Shown here: positions 10,659 through 24,045 of the stretch, one piece after another
Layout: the number at the start of each line of letters is the position of its first letter
How positions within the stretch are numbered: position 1 is the first letter of the stretch
Origin: Collinsella sp.
GTDB lineage: Bacteria > Actinomycetota > Coriobacteriia > Coriobacteriales > Coriobacteriaceae
Assembly (NCBI GenBank): GCA_036301625.1
Contig: JAXJEC010000042.1
Span: forward strand, 11,229-75,228
DNA: 64,000 nucleotides
Direction of reading: 5' to 3'
Position numbers and translations under genes: made by a program
The notes under the pieces: generated by a model
The model's database searches: none
Told to the model about the DNA's origin: nothing
What the model saw: the letters and a program-made list of their open reading frames with translations, nothing else

Positions 10659-11375
10659 TTAGGCGACGTTTTCGACCAGCTCGGCGACGATGGCGTCAAA
10701 GGCGGCAACCGGATCGTCGGCGCCGGTGATGGGACGGCCCACCACAATGTGGCTCGCACCGCGCTCGATAGCCTGGGAAGGCGTCGCCACGCGGGACTGG
10801 TCACCAAGGGCGGCACCCACCGGACGCACACCCGGAGTCACGATCAGGGCATCAGGGCCCAGCAGCTCACGCATGTCGTGAGCCTCCATCGGCGAGCACA
10901 CAATGCCATCGATGCCGTTGGCCTGAGCGAGCTTTGCCAGGCGGGCGGCCTCCTCGGCCACGGGCGACTCGACGCCGATCTCGCTCAAGGCATCCTGATT
11001 CATGCTCGTGAGCACGGTGATGGCGACGAGCTTGGCGCGGTCCTCGCGCGCCTCCTCGGCACCCTCGCGGCAGGCAGCGAGCATGGCGCCCGAACCCAAG
11101 CCGTGAACCGAGAGCAGGTCGGCACCGGCAAGCGAGGCCGAACGGGCGGCACCGCGAACCTGATGCGGAATATCATGGAACTTAAGGTCAAGGAAGACCT
11201 TAAAGCCCAGGTCCTTAAAGGTCTTGACGATCTCGGGGCCCTCAGCGTAATAGAGCGTCATACCAACCTTAAGCCAGGCGGCATGGCCCGAAAGCTCGTG
11301 GGCGAGCTCGAGCGCACGCTCACGATCGCAGTCGAGGGCGACGATTACGCGGTCGCGGGCATCGGTCTCTAGCAT
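10659..11375 (-). CDS. pyrF: Orotidine-5'-phosphate decarboxylase
   Basis: VFLDLKFHDIP, VTPGVRP. Confidence 0.97.
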   Translation of the reverse strand: MLETDARDRVIVALDCDRERALELAHELSGHAAWLKVGMTLYYAEGPEIVKTFKDLGFKVFLDLKFHDIPHQVRGAARSASLAGADLLSVHGLGSGAMLAACREGAEEAREDRAKLVAITVLTSMNQDALSEIGVESPVAEEAARLAKLAQANGIDGIVCSPMEAHDMRELLGPDALIVTPGVRPVGAALGDQSRVATPSQAIERGASHIVVGRPITGADDPVAAFDAIVAELVENVA

Positions 11376-12292
11376 TCGAAAGCACCTACCAGCTCGTTGA
11401 TGTCCTTTACGCCCTGGGACTCGGCCCAGGCCTCGAGCTCATGCGCGATCTTGAGCGAAGCGCACGGATCGACGAAGTTGGCCATGCCAACCGACACGCA
11501 GGTGGCACCGGCCAGGATAAACTCGGCCGCATCCTCGCCGGACATGACACCGCCGACACCGTTGATGGGGATATCGACGGCCTGGGCGACCTCCCAGACC
11601 ATGCGCACGGCGATGTGGTGGCACAGCGGGCCCGAAAGGCCGCCCTTGGGCTTTGCCACGCGGGACTTGCGGGTATGGACGTCGATGGCCATGCCCTGGA
11701 TGGAGTTAATGACCGAAAGGCCGTCGGCGCCGGCGGCTTCGAGGGCCTTGGCGATCTCGGCGACGTTGACCGGCGCCATCTTCACGAACAGCGGCTTATC
11801 GGTCACCTTGCGGCAGGCAGCCATAACGGAAGAGGCGCCCTCGGGCGTAGAGCCCATGGCGGCACCGCCAGCGGCGATGTTGGGGCAGCTCACGTTGATC
11901 TCGTAGCCGGCAGCCCAGGGGCATAGCTCGACATACATCTCGAGCGCGCGCACAAACTCGTCAACGGAGTGGCCGGCAACCTGACAGATGACCTGGCAAC
12001 CGTCCTTGGACAGTTGCTCGAGCCACGGGCCGGACTCGCGGGCAAAGGCGGCCACGCCGGGGTTCTGAAGGCCCACGGAGTTGATCATACCGCCGGGGAT
12101 CTCGGCCATGCGGGGCGCGGGATTGCCGGGCCAGGGCTCGGCTGCGCAACCCTTGGTGGTGATGGCGCCCAGCTGGGAAACATCAAAGAAGTTCTGGAAC
12201 TGCCAACCGTAGCCAAAGGTACCGGCTGCGGTGTTGATGGGGTTCTGCATCTTGACGCCGCCGAAATCGACGGCCATGTTCACGGTACCCAC
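11369..12292 (-). CDS. pyrD: Dihydroorotate dehydrogenase 1B catalytic subunit
   Basis: NSVGLQNPG, EINVSCPN, GGLSG; start approximate. Confidence 0.95.
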   Translation of the reverse strand: MGTVNMAVDFGGVKMQNPINTAAGTFGYGWQFQNFFDVSQLGAITTKGCAAEPWPGNPAPRMAEIPGGMINSVGLQNPGVAAFARESGPWLEQLSKDGCQVICQVAGHSVDEFVRALEMYVELCPWAAGYEINVSCPNIAAGGAAMGSTPEGASSVMAACRKVTDKPLFVKMAPVNVAEIAKALEAAGADGLSVINSIQGMAIDVHTRKSRVAKPKGGLSGPLCHHIAVRMVWEVAQAVDIPINGVGGVMSGEDAAEFILAGATCVSVGMANFVDPCASLKIAHELEAWAESQGVKDINELVGAFEC

Positions 12293-13083
12293 TAGAAGAC
12301 CACCACCTTGGAAGCATCGAACACGGGGCCGCACATGCAGGCGCCCTTCATACCGTCAACCGTCTCGACATTGCAGGTGTTGCAGGCGCCAAAGCCACAG
12401 CTCATCATGCGCTCGAGCGACACCTCGCAGTACGCACCGGCCTCGGCGGCAGCGGCGGCGACTTTCTTCATCATGACAGCGGGGCCGCAGCTGGCCACAT
12501 AGTCGTAGCCGCCCTCGCCGAGCAGCTCGGCTGCCGGGTCGGTGCAAAAACCGTGCGTGCCCAGCGTGCCATCGTCGGTGCACACGTTAACCGTGGCGCC
12601 CAGCGCGCGGAACTCATCGACACCCACGGCCTTGGAAGCGGTGCCAAAGCCCAGGCACACGTCGACATCCACGCCCTGCTCGGCAAGCTTGCCGGCGAGG
12701 CAGAGCACGGGCGGAACGCCGATGCCGCCCGCCACGAGCAGCGCCTTCCTGGTGCCCTCGGGAACAAGCCAGCCGCGGCCGCCAGGGCCCAACAGGTTGG
12801 ACTTGGAGCCGGGGGCCATCTGCGACAGACGACGGGTGTCGTCACCCACGACGGCGTACCACAGCTCGACGGTGCCGGCCTGGGCGTCGGCGCGATAGAA
12901 GCTCAGGGGCACGCGAAGCAGCGAGGACGCATCGCCGGGCACGGCAATGTTCACAAACTGACCGGGCTTGAGCGCACTTGCAAGCTTGGGGGCCGAGATG
13001 ACGAGCGAGAAGATGCCGTCGGCGATCTCCTGGTTCGAGACGACCTCGAAGTCGTGCATGCGTGCAGTGGAAGGTGTGGGCAT
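12292..13083 (-). CDS. pyrK: Dihydroorotate dehydrogenase electron transfer subunit
   Basis: PGQF, GGIGVPP, SLERMMSCGFGACNTC. Confidence 0.95.
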   Translation of the reverse strand: MPTPSTARMHDFEVVSNQEIADGIFSLVISAPKLASALKPGQFVNIAVPGDASSLLRVPLSFYRADAQAGTVELWYAVVGDDTRRLSQMAPGSKSNLLGPGGRGWLVPEGTRKALLVAGGIGVPPVLCLAGKLAEQGVDVDVCLGFGTASKAVGVDEFRALGATVNVCTDDGTLGTHGFCTDPAAELLGEGGYDYVASCGPAVMMKKVAAAAAEAGAYCEVSLERMMSCGFGACNTCNVETVDGMKGACMCGPVFDASKVVVF

Positions 13084-13175
13084 AGACGCTCCAATCCCCC
13101 ATGCGATTGCATGGTCAAAACGAACAGAAAGCGCGGCACCGCAAGGGCACCGCGCACAAAAGCGATAAGGCTATG

Positions 13176-14448
13176 CTAGCAGATGCAGCCGTCGGCGAGC
13201 GTCTGCTTACCGCCGACAAACACATCGGTGGCACGACCGGTAAGCGTGCGGCCGGCAAAACCGGAGTTCTCGGCGCGCGACTCGTAACCGTCCTCGCCGA
13301 CCGTCCAGGTGGCAGAGGGGTCGAACACGGTCAGGTCGGCAACGGAGCCCGCCTTGACCTGAACCTGGTCGAGGCCCAGAATCTCACGCGGCTTGATGGC
13401 CATGAGCTCGACCATGCGATCCATGCTCATCTTACCCGTGTTGACCAGCTCGGTGAGCACAAGCGCCAGCGAGGTCTCAAGGCCGATCATGCCAAAGGGC
13501 GCAAGCTCGAACTCGCGGGCCTTCTCCCACGGGGTGTGGGGAGCGTGATCGGTGACGATAACGTCGACGGTACCGTCGATGACGCCCTGACGGATGGCCT
13601 CAGCATCTTCCTCGGTACGCAGCGGCGGATTGACCTTGAGCGAGGTGTTGTAGGTCTCGTCCAGGTCGTTCTCGGTCAGGAACATGTGGTGCGGGGTAGC
13701 CTCGCAGGTAACCTGAACGCCAGCAGCCTTACCGGCACGCACGATCTCCAGACCATGGGCGGTGGAGATGTGCTGGATGTGCAGCTTGGCACCGGTCAGC
13801 TTGGCGATCTCGATGTCGCGGGCGATCTGGAGCTCCTCGCCGGCAGCCGGCCAGCCCTCGAGGGCCAGACGGGTCGAGACCTTGCCCTCGTTGATCTGGC
13901 CGTGACCGACCAGGTCCTCGTCCTGGCAGTGGCTCATAAAGACCTTGCCGAACATCTTGCCGTAGTCCATGCAGCGACGGAGCATGCCTGCGCCCTGCAC
14001 GCCGCGGCCGTCGTCGGTGAAGGCGACGGCGCCGTGGGCGACCATATCGCCCATCTCGGACATGGCCTCGCCCTTAAGACCGCGGGTCATGGCGCCCGAC
14101 GGATAGACGCGGCAGTGACCGACCTCGGCAGCGCGGGACTTGACGAACTCCACGACAGTGCCGTTATCGGTGACGGGATCGGTGTTGGGCATGGCGCACA
14201 CGCCGGTAAAGCCGCCCTTGGCAGCTGCGCGGGTGCCGCTCTCGATGTCCTCTTTGACCTCGTAGCCGGGCTCGCGAAGGTGAACGTGCATATCCACCAG
14301 GCCGGGGACGAGGTACTTGCCGGAAAGGTCGCGGACCTCGGCTCCCTCGACGGCGAGATTCTCGCCGACCTCGGCGATCTTGTCGCCGTCAATCAGGACG
14401 TCAACGACACCGTCAAGCTCGACGGACGGGTCGACGACGTGGGCATTC

Positions 14449-14465
<17 letters not shown>
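13176..14465 (-). CDS. pyrC: Dihydroorotase
   Basis: DMHVHLREPG, MPNT, TDHAPH. Confidence 0.96.
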
Positions 14466-15994
<1,529 letters not shown>

Positions 15995-16021
15995 TCACAT
16001 GTCTTGACTGCTGACACAGTC

Positions 16022-16060
16022 AAAAAAATAGATGCCCGACCGCTCAAAGCGGACCAGACA
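16022..16060 (-). terminator. Leader terminator/attenuator upstream of pyrR
   Basis: Minus strand tgtctggtccgc-tttga-gcggtcgggca followed by a T7 run in the pyrR 5' leader. Confidence 0.6.
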
Positions 16061-16433
16061 CCCACAGGAAGGGCTGCTCTTTGGCAGCAATGTAATTCCA
16101 TGTGGGTATCTCGTACCCCTTTAATGGTCAAGGGATAGTGTAGCCAACCTCGAGCTTAATTGCGAGCATAAATACAGAGCAATCCGTAAACGGAGCCCAA
16201 TGCTCCATAAACCTATATATATTTGTGGGACGAGCTTGAAAACGCGCGCACGAGCTGGCATAATCCCCTCTGCTGCACGCAAATCGGATCTACGTCCAGG
16301 GCCGTGGCGTGAGCACTATCGCCAAAAGAGGAATATCTCTGTGTAGATTACGCACAGGGAGCTGCTTCTGTGCTATAGTTCAGGCTTGTTTGTTAACGCG
16401 ACATGTTCGTTTGTCGCCCAAGGAGGGTCAGTT

Positions 16434-16622
16434 ATGTCCAAAGTTTGCGAAGTTTGCGGTAAGCACCCCGTTGCCGGTCGCTCCATCAGCCACTCTCACC
16501 GCGTCACCAACCGTAAGTTCCGCCCCAACATCCAGCGCGTCTACGTCGTCGTCGATGGTCACCGTCGCAAGATGAACGTTTGCTCCACCTGCCTCAAGTC
16601 CGGCAAGGTTGCGCGCTCCTAA
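16434..16622 (+). CDS. rpmB: 50S ribosomal protein L28
   Basis: MSKVCEVCGK...SHSHRVTNRKFRPNIQ; aaggagg RBS. Confidence 0.97.
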   Translation: MSKVCEVCGKHPVAGRSISHSHRVTNRKFRPNIQRVYVVVDGHRRKMNVCSTCLKSGKVARS

Positions 16623-16690
16623 ATAAGGTCTTACCAACAAGTACCTCGGACTCTCCGGGTCAAAGACCTCGCGTTCACATAGAACTTACC

Positions 16691-16723
16691 AAAGGCGCCC
16701 TCCCCTACGGAGGGCGCCTTTTT
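16691..16723 (+). terminator. Intrinsic terminator after rpmB
   Basis: aaaggcgccctcc-cctac-ggagggcgccttttt. Confidence 0.85.
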
Positions 16724-16724
16724 G

Positions 16725-16753
16725 CACTCATTGGGGACAGACTTACATGAGTG
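16725..16753 (-). repeat. REP-like palindrome, family A (downstream of RAYT)
   Basis: cactcat-tggggacagacttac-atgagtg; reverse complement 27/29 identical to 17367..17395. Confidence 0.85.
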
Positions 16754-17344
16754 TTTGCAGATGTCAAAGGGATCGTAGCCCAGCTGGTATGCCTTGTAGC
16801 TTGACCAGCGGTACGCCTCGATTGAGCCAAGCGCACCTTTCACGAGATTGAGACGAATATAGTCGAGCAGCTGCACCGCCTGCGTGTCCGACTCAACCGC
16901 GACCCGCGAATAGCGATTGTCAAACAGATGTCCCGTTCTTCCCGTTTTCCCATTGAAATACTTAGCATACGCCGTCAGTGCGCACTGCATTGCCTTTGAA
17001 AGGTTGTCATATGGGTCATCAACCATCAAATGGAAGTGGTTGTCCATAAGGCACCAAGCCAACACTGCCACTTTATGGCGTGCAAACCTGTCCGAGATGT
17101 CCGATAAGAAACGATATCGGTCAGAGTCATCTTCAAAAATAATCTGTTTGGAGTTGCCACGGTCAAAGACGTGGTAATAGCCGGTGAGCGAAACGGCGCG
17201 GGCGCATCGGGGCATAATCTCTCCTTTCAAAAACTGAACAGGCAACACCTAAAAGGAGAGAAGGAACGCGAAATGCTGAGCCTGTGATCTATTTATATCC
17301 AATGAGCGGCAAAAAGGCCCAGAACGGCAAAATGGCAAAACGAT

Positions 17345-17395
17345 GTCTGTCCCAAATGAGTGAAAGCACTCATGTAAGCCTGTCCCCAATGAGCG
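17345..17395 (+). repeat. Half plus full REP-like palindrome, family A (upstream of RAYT)
   Basis: gtctgtcccaaatgagtg (17345..17362) followed by cactcatgtaagcctgtccccaatgagcg (17367..17395). Confidence 0.85.
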
Positions 17396-17424
17396 GGGCG
17401 GTGGAGCAGGCAAGTAGTTTTAGT

Positions 17425-17454
17425 TAAAACGTTTCAGTTTATTGAAGCGTTTTA
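17425..17454. promoter_or_regulatory. Two LacI/cre-like boxes upstream of adhE
   Basis: taaaacgtttca and tgaagcgtttta, inverted relative to each other, central CG. Confidence 0.45.
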
Positions 17455-17546
17455 GTTTGTCTTTTACGGGAATCTGACCGTTCACCGATTTATTTCTTGC
17501 TATCATGCATCTTGTAGGGTAAATCTCCGATCGCAAGGAGACACAA

Positions 17547-20195
17547 ATGGTGAAAAAGTCACCGGAAAACACTACTCCCGCAATTGTGGACAACGTAGAG
17601 GCGCTTGAGGCTAAGCTCGCTCAGATGCGAGAGGCCCAGGCGCTTTTTGCTACGTACACGCAGGAGCAGGTCGACAAGATCTTCTATGAAGCCGCCATGG
17701 CCGCCAACAAGGCTCGTATCCCGTTGGCGAAGATGGCCATCGAGGAGACCGGCCGCGGCGTTCTTGAGGACAAGGTCATCAAGAACCACTACGCCGCAGA
17801 GTACATCTACAACGCTTACAAGAACACCAAGACCTGTGGTGTCCTGGAGCGCGACGAGGCTTACGGCATCACCAAGATCGCCGAGCCCATCGGCATCGTG
17901 GGCGCCGTCATCCCGACGACCAACCCCACCTCCACCGCGATCTTCAAGACGCTGATCAGCCTGAAGACCCGCAACGCCATCATCATCTCCCCGCACCCGG
18001 CTGCCGCCAAGTGCACCATCGCCGCCGCCAAGCTCGTGCTTGACGCCGCCGTCAAGGCCGGCGCCCCCGAGGGCATCATCGGCTGGGTCGATGTCCCCTC
18101 CATCGAGCTGACCAACATGGTCATGCGCGACGTCGACATCATCCTCGCCACCGGTGGCCCGGGCATGGTCAAGGCCGCCTACTCCTCGGGCAAGCCCGCC
18201 CTGGGCGTTGGCGCCGGTAACACCCCGGTCGTCATCGACGACACCGCTGACGTGCTGCTCGCCGTCAACTCCATCATCCACTCCAAGACCTTCGACAACG
18301 GCATGATCTGCGCTTCCGAGCAGTCCGTGACCGTCATCGACACCATCTATGACCAGGTTAAGGCCGAGTTCCAGAAGCGCGGCTGCTACTTCGTCAAGCA
18401 GGGTGCCGAGATGGAGGCCCTGCGTGCCGCCATGTTCAAGAACGGCGCCCTCGATCACCGCATCCCCGGCATGGCTGCCGCCAAGATCGCCGAGCTCGCC
18501 GGCATCGAGGTTCCTGCCAAGACCAAGATCCTGATCGCCGAGGTCACCTCCACCGACCCCGCCAAGGAGGAGTTCTCCCACGAGAAGCTCTCCCCGGTCC
18601 TGGCCATGTATCACGCCAAGGACTTCCAGGAGGCCGTCGACAAGGCCGAGCACCTGGTGCTCGCCGGTGGCCCGGGCCACACCGCCTCTCTGTACGTGCA
18701 CCCTGCCCAGGCCGAGAAGATCAGCCTGTTCGAGCACGTCATGAAGGCCTGCCGTATCGTCATCAACACCCCGTCCTCGCACGGCGGCATCGGTGACCTG
18801 TACAACTTTGGCATGAAGCCGTCTCTGACCCTGGGCTGCGGCTCCTGGGGCGGCAACTCCGTCTCCGAGAACGTTGGGGTGAAGCACTTGATCAACGTTA
18901 AGACTGTGGCCGAGCGCCGTGAGAACATGCTGTGGTTCCGCGCTCCCGAGAAGGTCTACTTCAAGAAGGGTTCCACGCCCGTCGCCCTCGACGAGCTTGG
19001 CAACGTCATGGGCAAGAAGCGCGCCTTCATCGTCACCGACCAGTTCCTCTTCAAGAATGGCAACACCCGCGCCATCGAGGCCAAGCTCGACGAGATGGGC
19101 ATCGCCCACGACTGCTTCTACGACGTCGAGCCCGATCCGTCGCTGCAGTGCGCACGTCGCGGCGCCAAGCAGATGGCTCTCTTTGAGCCGGACGTCATCA
19201 TCGCCGTCGGCGGTGGCTCCGCTATGGACGCCGGCAAGATCATGTGGATGATGTACGAGCACCCCGAGTGCAAGTTTGAGGACATGGCCATGGACTTCAT
19301 GGACATCCGCAAGCGTATCTTCACCTTCCCCGAGATGGGCAAGAAGGCCTACTTCGTCGCCGTCCCGACCTCTTCGGGTACCGGCTCCGAGTGCACGCCG
19401 TTCGCCATCATCACCGACAAGGAGACCGGCATCAAGTGGCCGCTCGCCGACTACGCGCTGCTCCCCAACATGGCTATCGTCGACGCCGACAACTGCATGA
19501 CCGCCCCGCGCGGCCTGACCGCTGCCTCCGGCATCGACGTCATGACCCACGCCATCGAGTCCTACGTCTCCATCATGGCTTCCGACTACACCAAGGGCCT
19601 CTCCGAGCGCGCTGCCAAGCTCGTCTTTGAGAACCTGCCCTCCAGCTTCACGAACGGCGCCAAGGACCCGCACGCCCGCGAGGAGATGCACAACGCCTCC
19701 TGCATGGCCGGTATGGCCTTCGCCAACGCCTTCCTGGGCCTCAACCACTCCATGGCTCACAAGCTCGGCGCTTTCCATCACCTGCCCCACGGCATCGCTA
19801 ACGCCGTCATCCTGACCCGCGTCATGCGCTACAACGCCGCCGAGGCTCCCGTCAAGATGGGTACCTTCTCCCAGTATCCTTACCCCAACGCGCTGCACAA
19901 CTACGCCGAGATGGCCAAGTACTGCGGCATCGAGGGCAAGGACGACAAGGAGGTCTTCGAGAACTTCATCACGAAGCTCGAGGAGCTCAAGGACTTCATC
20001 GGTGTCAAGAAGACCATCGCCGACTACGGTGTTGACGAGCAGTACTTCCTCGACACCCTCGACGAGATGACCGAGCAGGCATTCAACGACCAGTGCACCG
20101 GCGCTAACCCGCGCTACCCGCTCATGAGCGAGATCAAGGAGCTCTACCTGGACGCCTACTACGGCCGCGAGCCCCAGGACTACGCCGTCTGCTAG
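17547..20195 (+). CDS. adhE: Bifunctional acetaldehyde-CoA/alcohol dehydrogenase
   Basis: PTTNPTST, ATGGPGMV, FDNGMICASEQ, GCGSWGGNS, GGGSAMDAGK, HSMAHKLG. Confidence 0.98.
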   Translation: MVKKSPENTTPAIVDNVEALEAKLAQMREAQALFATYTQEQVDKIFYEAAMAANKARIPLAKMAIEETGRGVLEDKVIKNHYAAEYIYNAYKNTKTCGVLERDEAYGITKIAEPIGIVGAVIPTTNPTSTAIFKTLISLKTRNAIIISPHPAAAKCTIAAAKLVLDAAVKAGAPEGIIGWVDVPSIELTNMVMRDVDIILATGGPGMVKAAYSSGKPALGVGAGNTPVVIDDTADVLLAVNSIIHSKTFDNGMICASEQSVTVIDTIYDQVKAEFQKRGCYFVKQGAEMEALRAAMFKNGALDHRIPGMAAAKIAELAGIEVPAKTKILIAEVTSTDPAKEEFSHEKLSPVLAMYHAKDFQEAVDKAEHLVLAGGPGHTASLYVHPAQAEKISLFEHVMKACRIVINTPSSHGGIGDLYNFGMKPSLTLGCGSWGGNSVSENVGVKHLINVKTVAERRENMLWFRAPEKVYFKKGSTPVALDELGNVMGKKRAFIVTDQFLFKNGNTRAIEAKLDEMGIAHDCFYDVEPDPSLQCARRGAKQMALFEPDVIIAVGGGSAMDAGKIMWMMYEHPECKFEDMAMDFMDIRKRIFTFPEMGKKAYFVAVPTSSGTGSECTPFAIITDKETGIKWPLADYALLPNMAIVDADNCMTAPRGLTAASGIDVMTHAIESYVSIMASDYTKGLSERAAKLVFENLPSSFTNGAKDPHAREEMHNASCMAGMAFANAFLGLNHSMAHKLGAFHHLPHGIANAVILTRVMRYNAAEAPVKMGTFSQYPYPNALHNYAEMAKYCGIEGKDDKEVFENFITKLEELKDFIGVKKTIADYGVDEQYFLDTLDEMTEQAFNDQCTGANPRYPLMSEIKELYLDAYYGREPQDYAVC

Positions 20196-20284
20196 TTTTT
20201 AGCACGGTTTTTTGCGGCGGGGGTGCACGGGTGTTTCACACACCCCCGCCGTCGCTTCTATCGCATCGTTGAAAGGATGCAACC

Positions 20285-21049
20285 ATGCTGCTACCCGATT
20301 CCAAGACCGAGCTCGTCCGCCGTGGCAACAAGGTCGTTTACGACCTGGGCGACAAGATCGTCAAGGTCTTTAACGAGACCAAGCCTGTCTCCGACGTGTT
20401 CAACGAGGCTTTGAATCTTGCCCGCATCAATGAGTGCGGCATCCGCAGCCCCAAGGCTCTCGAGGTTTCCCAGCTCGAGAACGCCAACGGCTGGGCGCTC
20501 GTGACCGAGAAGGTTCCGGGCACCACCCTTGCCGAGAAGATGACTGCCGAGCCCCAGCGCTTTGGTGAGTACCTCGAGATGTTCGTCGACCTCCAGATCG
20601 AGATCCACGGCTACACCTCCCCGCTGCTCAACCGTCAGCGCGACAAGTTCGCCCGCATGATCGACAGCCTTGATCAGCTCAATGCCACCACGCGCTACAA
20701 CCTTCAGGAGCGTCTGGACGGCATGACCAAGGAGTTCAAGGTCTGCCACGGCGACTTCAACCCCTCCAACGTCATCGTCGGCGACGACGGCCAGCTCTAT
20801 GTGTGCGACTGGGCACACGCCACCCAGGGCTCCCCTGCTGCCGACGTTGCCACCACCTACCTGCTCTTTGCCCTCAACAGCAAGGACCAGGCCGAGGCCT
20901 ACCTGGAGCTCTACTGCGACCGCGCCGACATGCCCATGCAGGTCGTGCGTCAGTGGACGAGCATCGTCGCCGCTTCCGAGCTCGCTCGTAAGCGCAACGT
21001 GAACGATGAGTTCCTGAAGAACTGGATCGACGTCGTCGATTATCAGTAA
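20285..21049 (+). CDS. APH/choline-kinase family phosphotransferase
   Basis: CHGDFNPSN and VCDW motifs. Confidence 0.85.
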   Translation: MLLPDSKTELVRRGNKVVYDLGDKIVKVFNETKPVSDVFNEALNLARINECGIRSPKALEVSQLENANGWALVTEKVPGTTLAEKMTAEPQRFGEYLEMFVDLQIEIHGYTSPLLNRQRDKFARMIDSLDQLNATTRYNLQERLDGMTKEFKVCHGDFNPSNVIVGDDGQLYVCDWAHATQGSPAADVATTYLLFALNSKDQAEAYLELYCDRADMPMQVVRQWTSIVAASELARKRNVNDEFLKNWIDVVDYQ

Positions 21050-21084
21050 TATCTGAGCGATTTATTTCGCATCGGAGGCACAAT

Positions 21085-21197
21085 GGAAAACCCCGCAGCT
21101 CGCATGGGCTGTGGGGTTTTCCTTTTAGATATCGAGGATGCTACAAGATAATAGGACGGCCCCGCATCTCCCCGATTGGAGAAATGCGGGGCCGTCC
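21085..21197. terminator. Two hairpins between the convergent kinase and proS genes
   Basis: ggaaaaccccgcagc/gctgtggggttttcc and ggacggccccgcat/atgcggggccgtcc. Confidence 0.75.
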
Positions 21198-21227
21198 CAC
21201 ATATCGAACTACAAGCGAAATCGTCGA

Positions 21228-22949
<1,722 letters not shown>

Positions 22950-24032
22950 TTACTTCTCCTCAATAAGTTTGTCGACCTCGGCCATCAGCGCGTCGACAAT
23001 TTGATCCTCAGCTACTTTACCAATGATCTGGCCATGCGAAAAGAGCAGGCCCTGACCTCGTCCGCAGGCAACGCCCAAGTCGGCGTCAGAAGCCTCGCCG
23101 GGGCCATTGACCGCGCATCCCATAACGGCGATCGAAAGCGGCGCGGAGTAGTTCTTAAGCCGCTCGGTGATCTCCTCGGCGATGGGAATGAGGTTAACCT
23201 GGCAGCGGGCGCACGTGGGGCACGAGACAATCTCGGGACCACGGCGACGCAGGCCCAGCGACTGCAAAATTCCCCAGGCGACCGGCGGCTCCTCAACCGG
23301 ATCGGCCGTGAGAGAGACGCGCATGGTGTCACCGATACCCTCAGACAGCAGAATACCAAGGCCCACCGAGCTCTTAATGGTGCCCTGAAGCTTGGTACCC
23401 GCCTCGGTTACGCCCAGGTGAAGCGGAACGTGGGGAATCTCACGCGACAGGGCTCGATAGGTATCGAGCGTCGTTTGCACGCTATGGGCCTTGGCCGAAA
23501 GCACAATGTTCGTAAAGCCGCGGTCTTCAAAATGCTTGACGAAACGCTCGCTCGACATCACGAGCTTTTCGGGCTGCGTTAGGCCTTCGCGCTCGGCGAT
23601 ATCCTGCTCGAGCGAACCCGCGTTCACGCCAATGCGAATCGCGCACCCAGCGGCGCCCGCGGCATCGATCACGGCATCGACCTTGGCCCAATCGCCAATG
23701 TTGCCGGGATTGATGCGGAGCTTGGCGGCACCGGCCTCCACAGCGCCAATGGCCAGCTTGTGGTTAAAGTGGATATCGGCAACGATTGGCACCGGAGACT
23801 CGGCACAGATGGTGCGGAAACCCTCAAGCGCGGCCTCAGTGGGCACGCTCACACGCACGATATCGCAGCCAGCCTGCGCCAACGCGCACACTTGCGCAAG
23901 TGTTGCCTGGGCATCAGCGGTATCGGTGCAGGTCATGGATTGGACCACCACCGGCGCACCGCCACCGATCTGCACGCCGCCCACATGCACGGGGCGCGTC
24001 AAATCGCGAGGCAAAGGATGGGATAAAGACAA
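22950..24032 (-). CDS. ispG: HMBPP synthase IspG
   Basis: VQSMT, VADIHF, RINPGNIG, CPTCARC, VMGCAVNGPGEA; TTG start. Confidence 0.97.
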   Translation of the reverse strand: MSLSHPLPRDLTRPVHVGGVQIGGGAPVVVQSMTCTDTADAQATLAQVCALAQAGCDIVRVSVPTEAALEGFRTICAESPVPIVADIHFNHKLAIGAVEAGAAKLRINPGNIGDWAKVDAVIDAAGAAGCAIRIGVNAGSLEQDIAEREGLTQPEKLVMSSERFVKHFEDRGFTNIVLSAKAHSVQTTLDTYRALSREIPHVPLHLGVTEAGTKLQGTIKSSVGLGILLSEGIGDTMRVSLTADPVEEPPVAWGILQSLGLRRRGPEIVSCPTCARCQVNLIPIAEEITERLKNYSAPLSIAVMGCAVNGPGEASDADLGVACGRGQGLLFSHGQIIGKVAEDQIVDALMAEVDKLIEEK

Positions 24033-24045
24033 TCCAAACACTCCC

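Larger units (their letters stand above)
16631..17215 (-). pseudogene. REP-associated tyrosine (HUH/Y1) transposase RAYT, probably degenerate/truncated
   Basis: YHVFDRGNSKQIIF, WCLMDNHFHL (HUH), GHLFDNRY, YIRLNLV (usually YIHxNP), YRWSSY; frame runs into a palindrome and the rpmB terminator. Confidence 0.8.

Noticed and set aside
17559..19898. 779-aa antisense ORF to adhE (likewise 21138..23582, 39181..41187, 53543..56794)
   Set aside because: Shadow ORFs from high-GC codon bias opposite well-supported genes; no motifs
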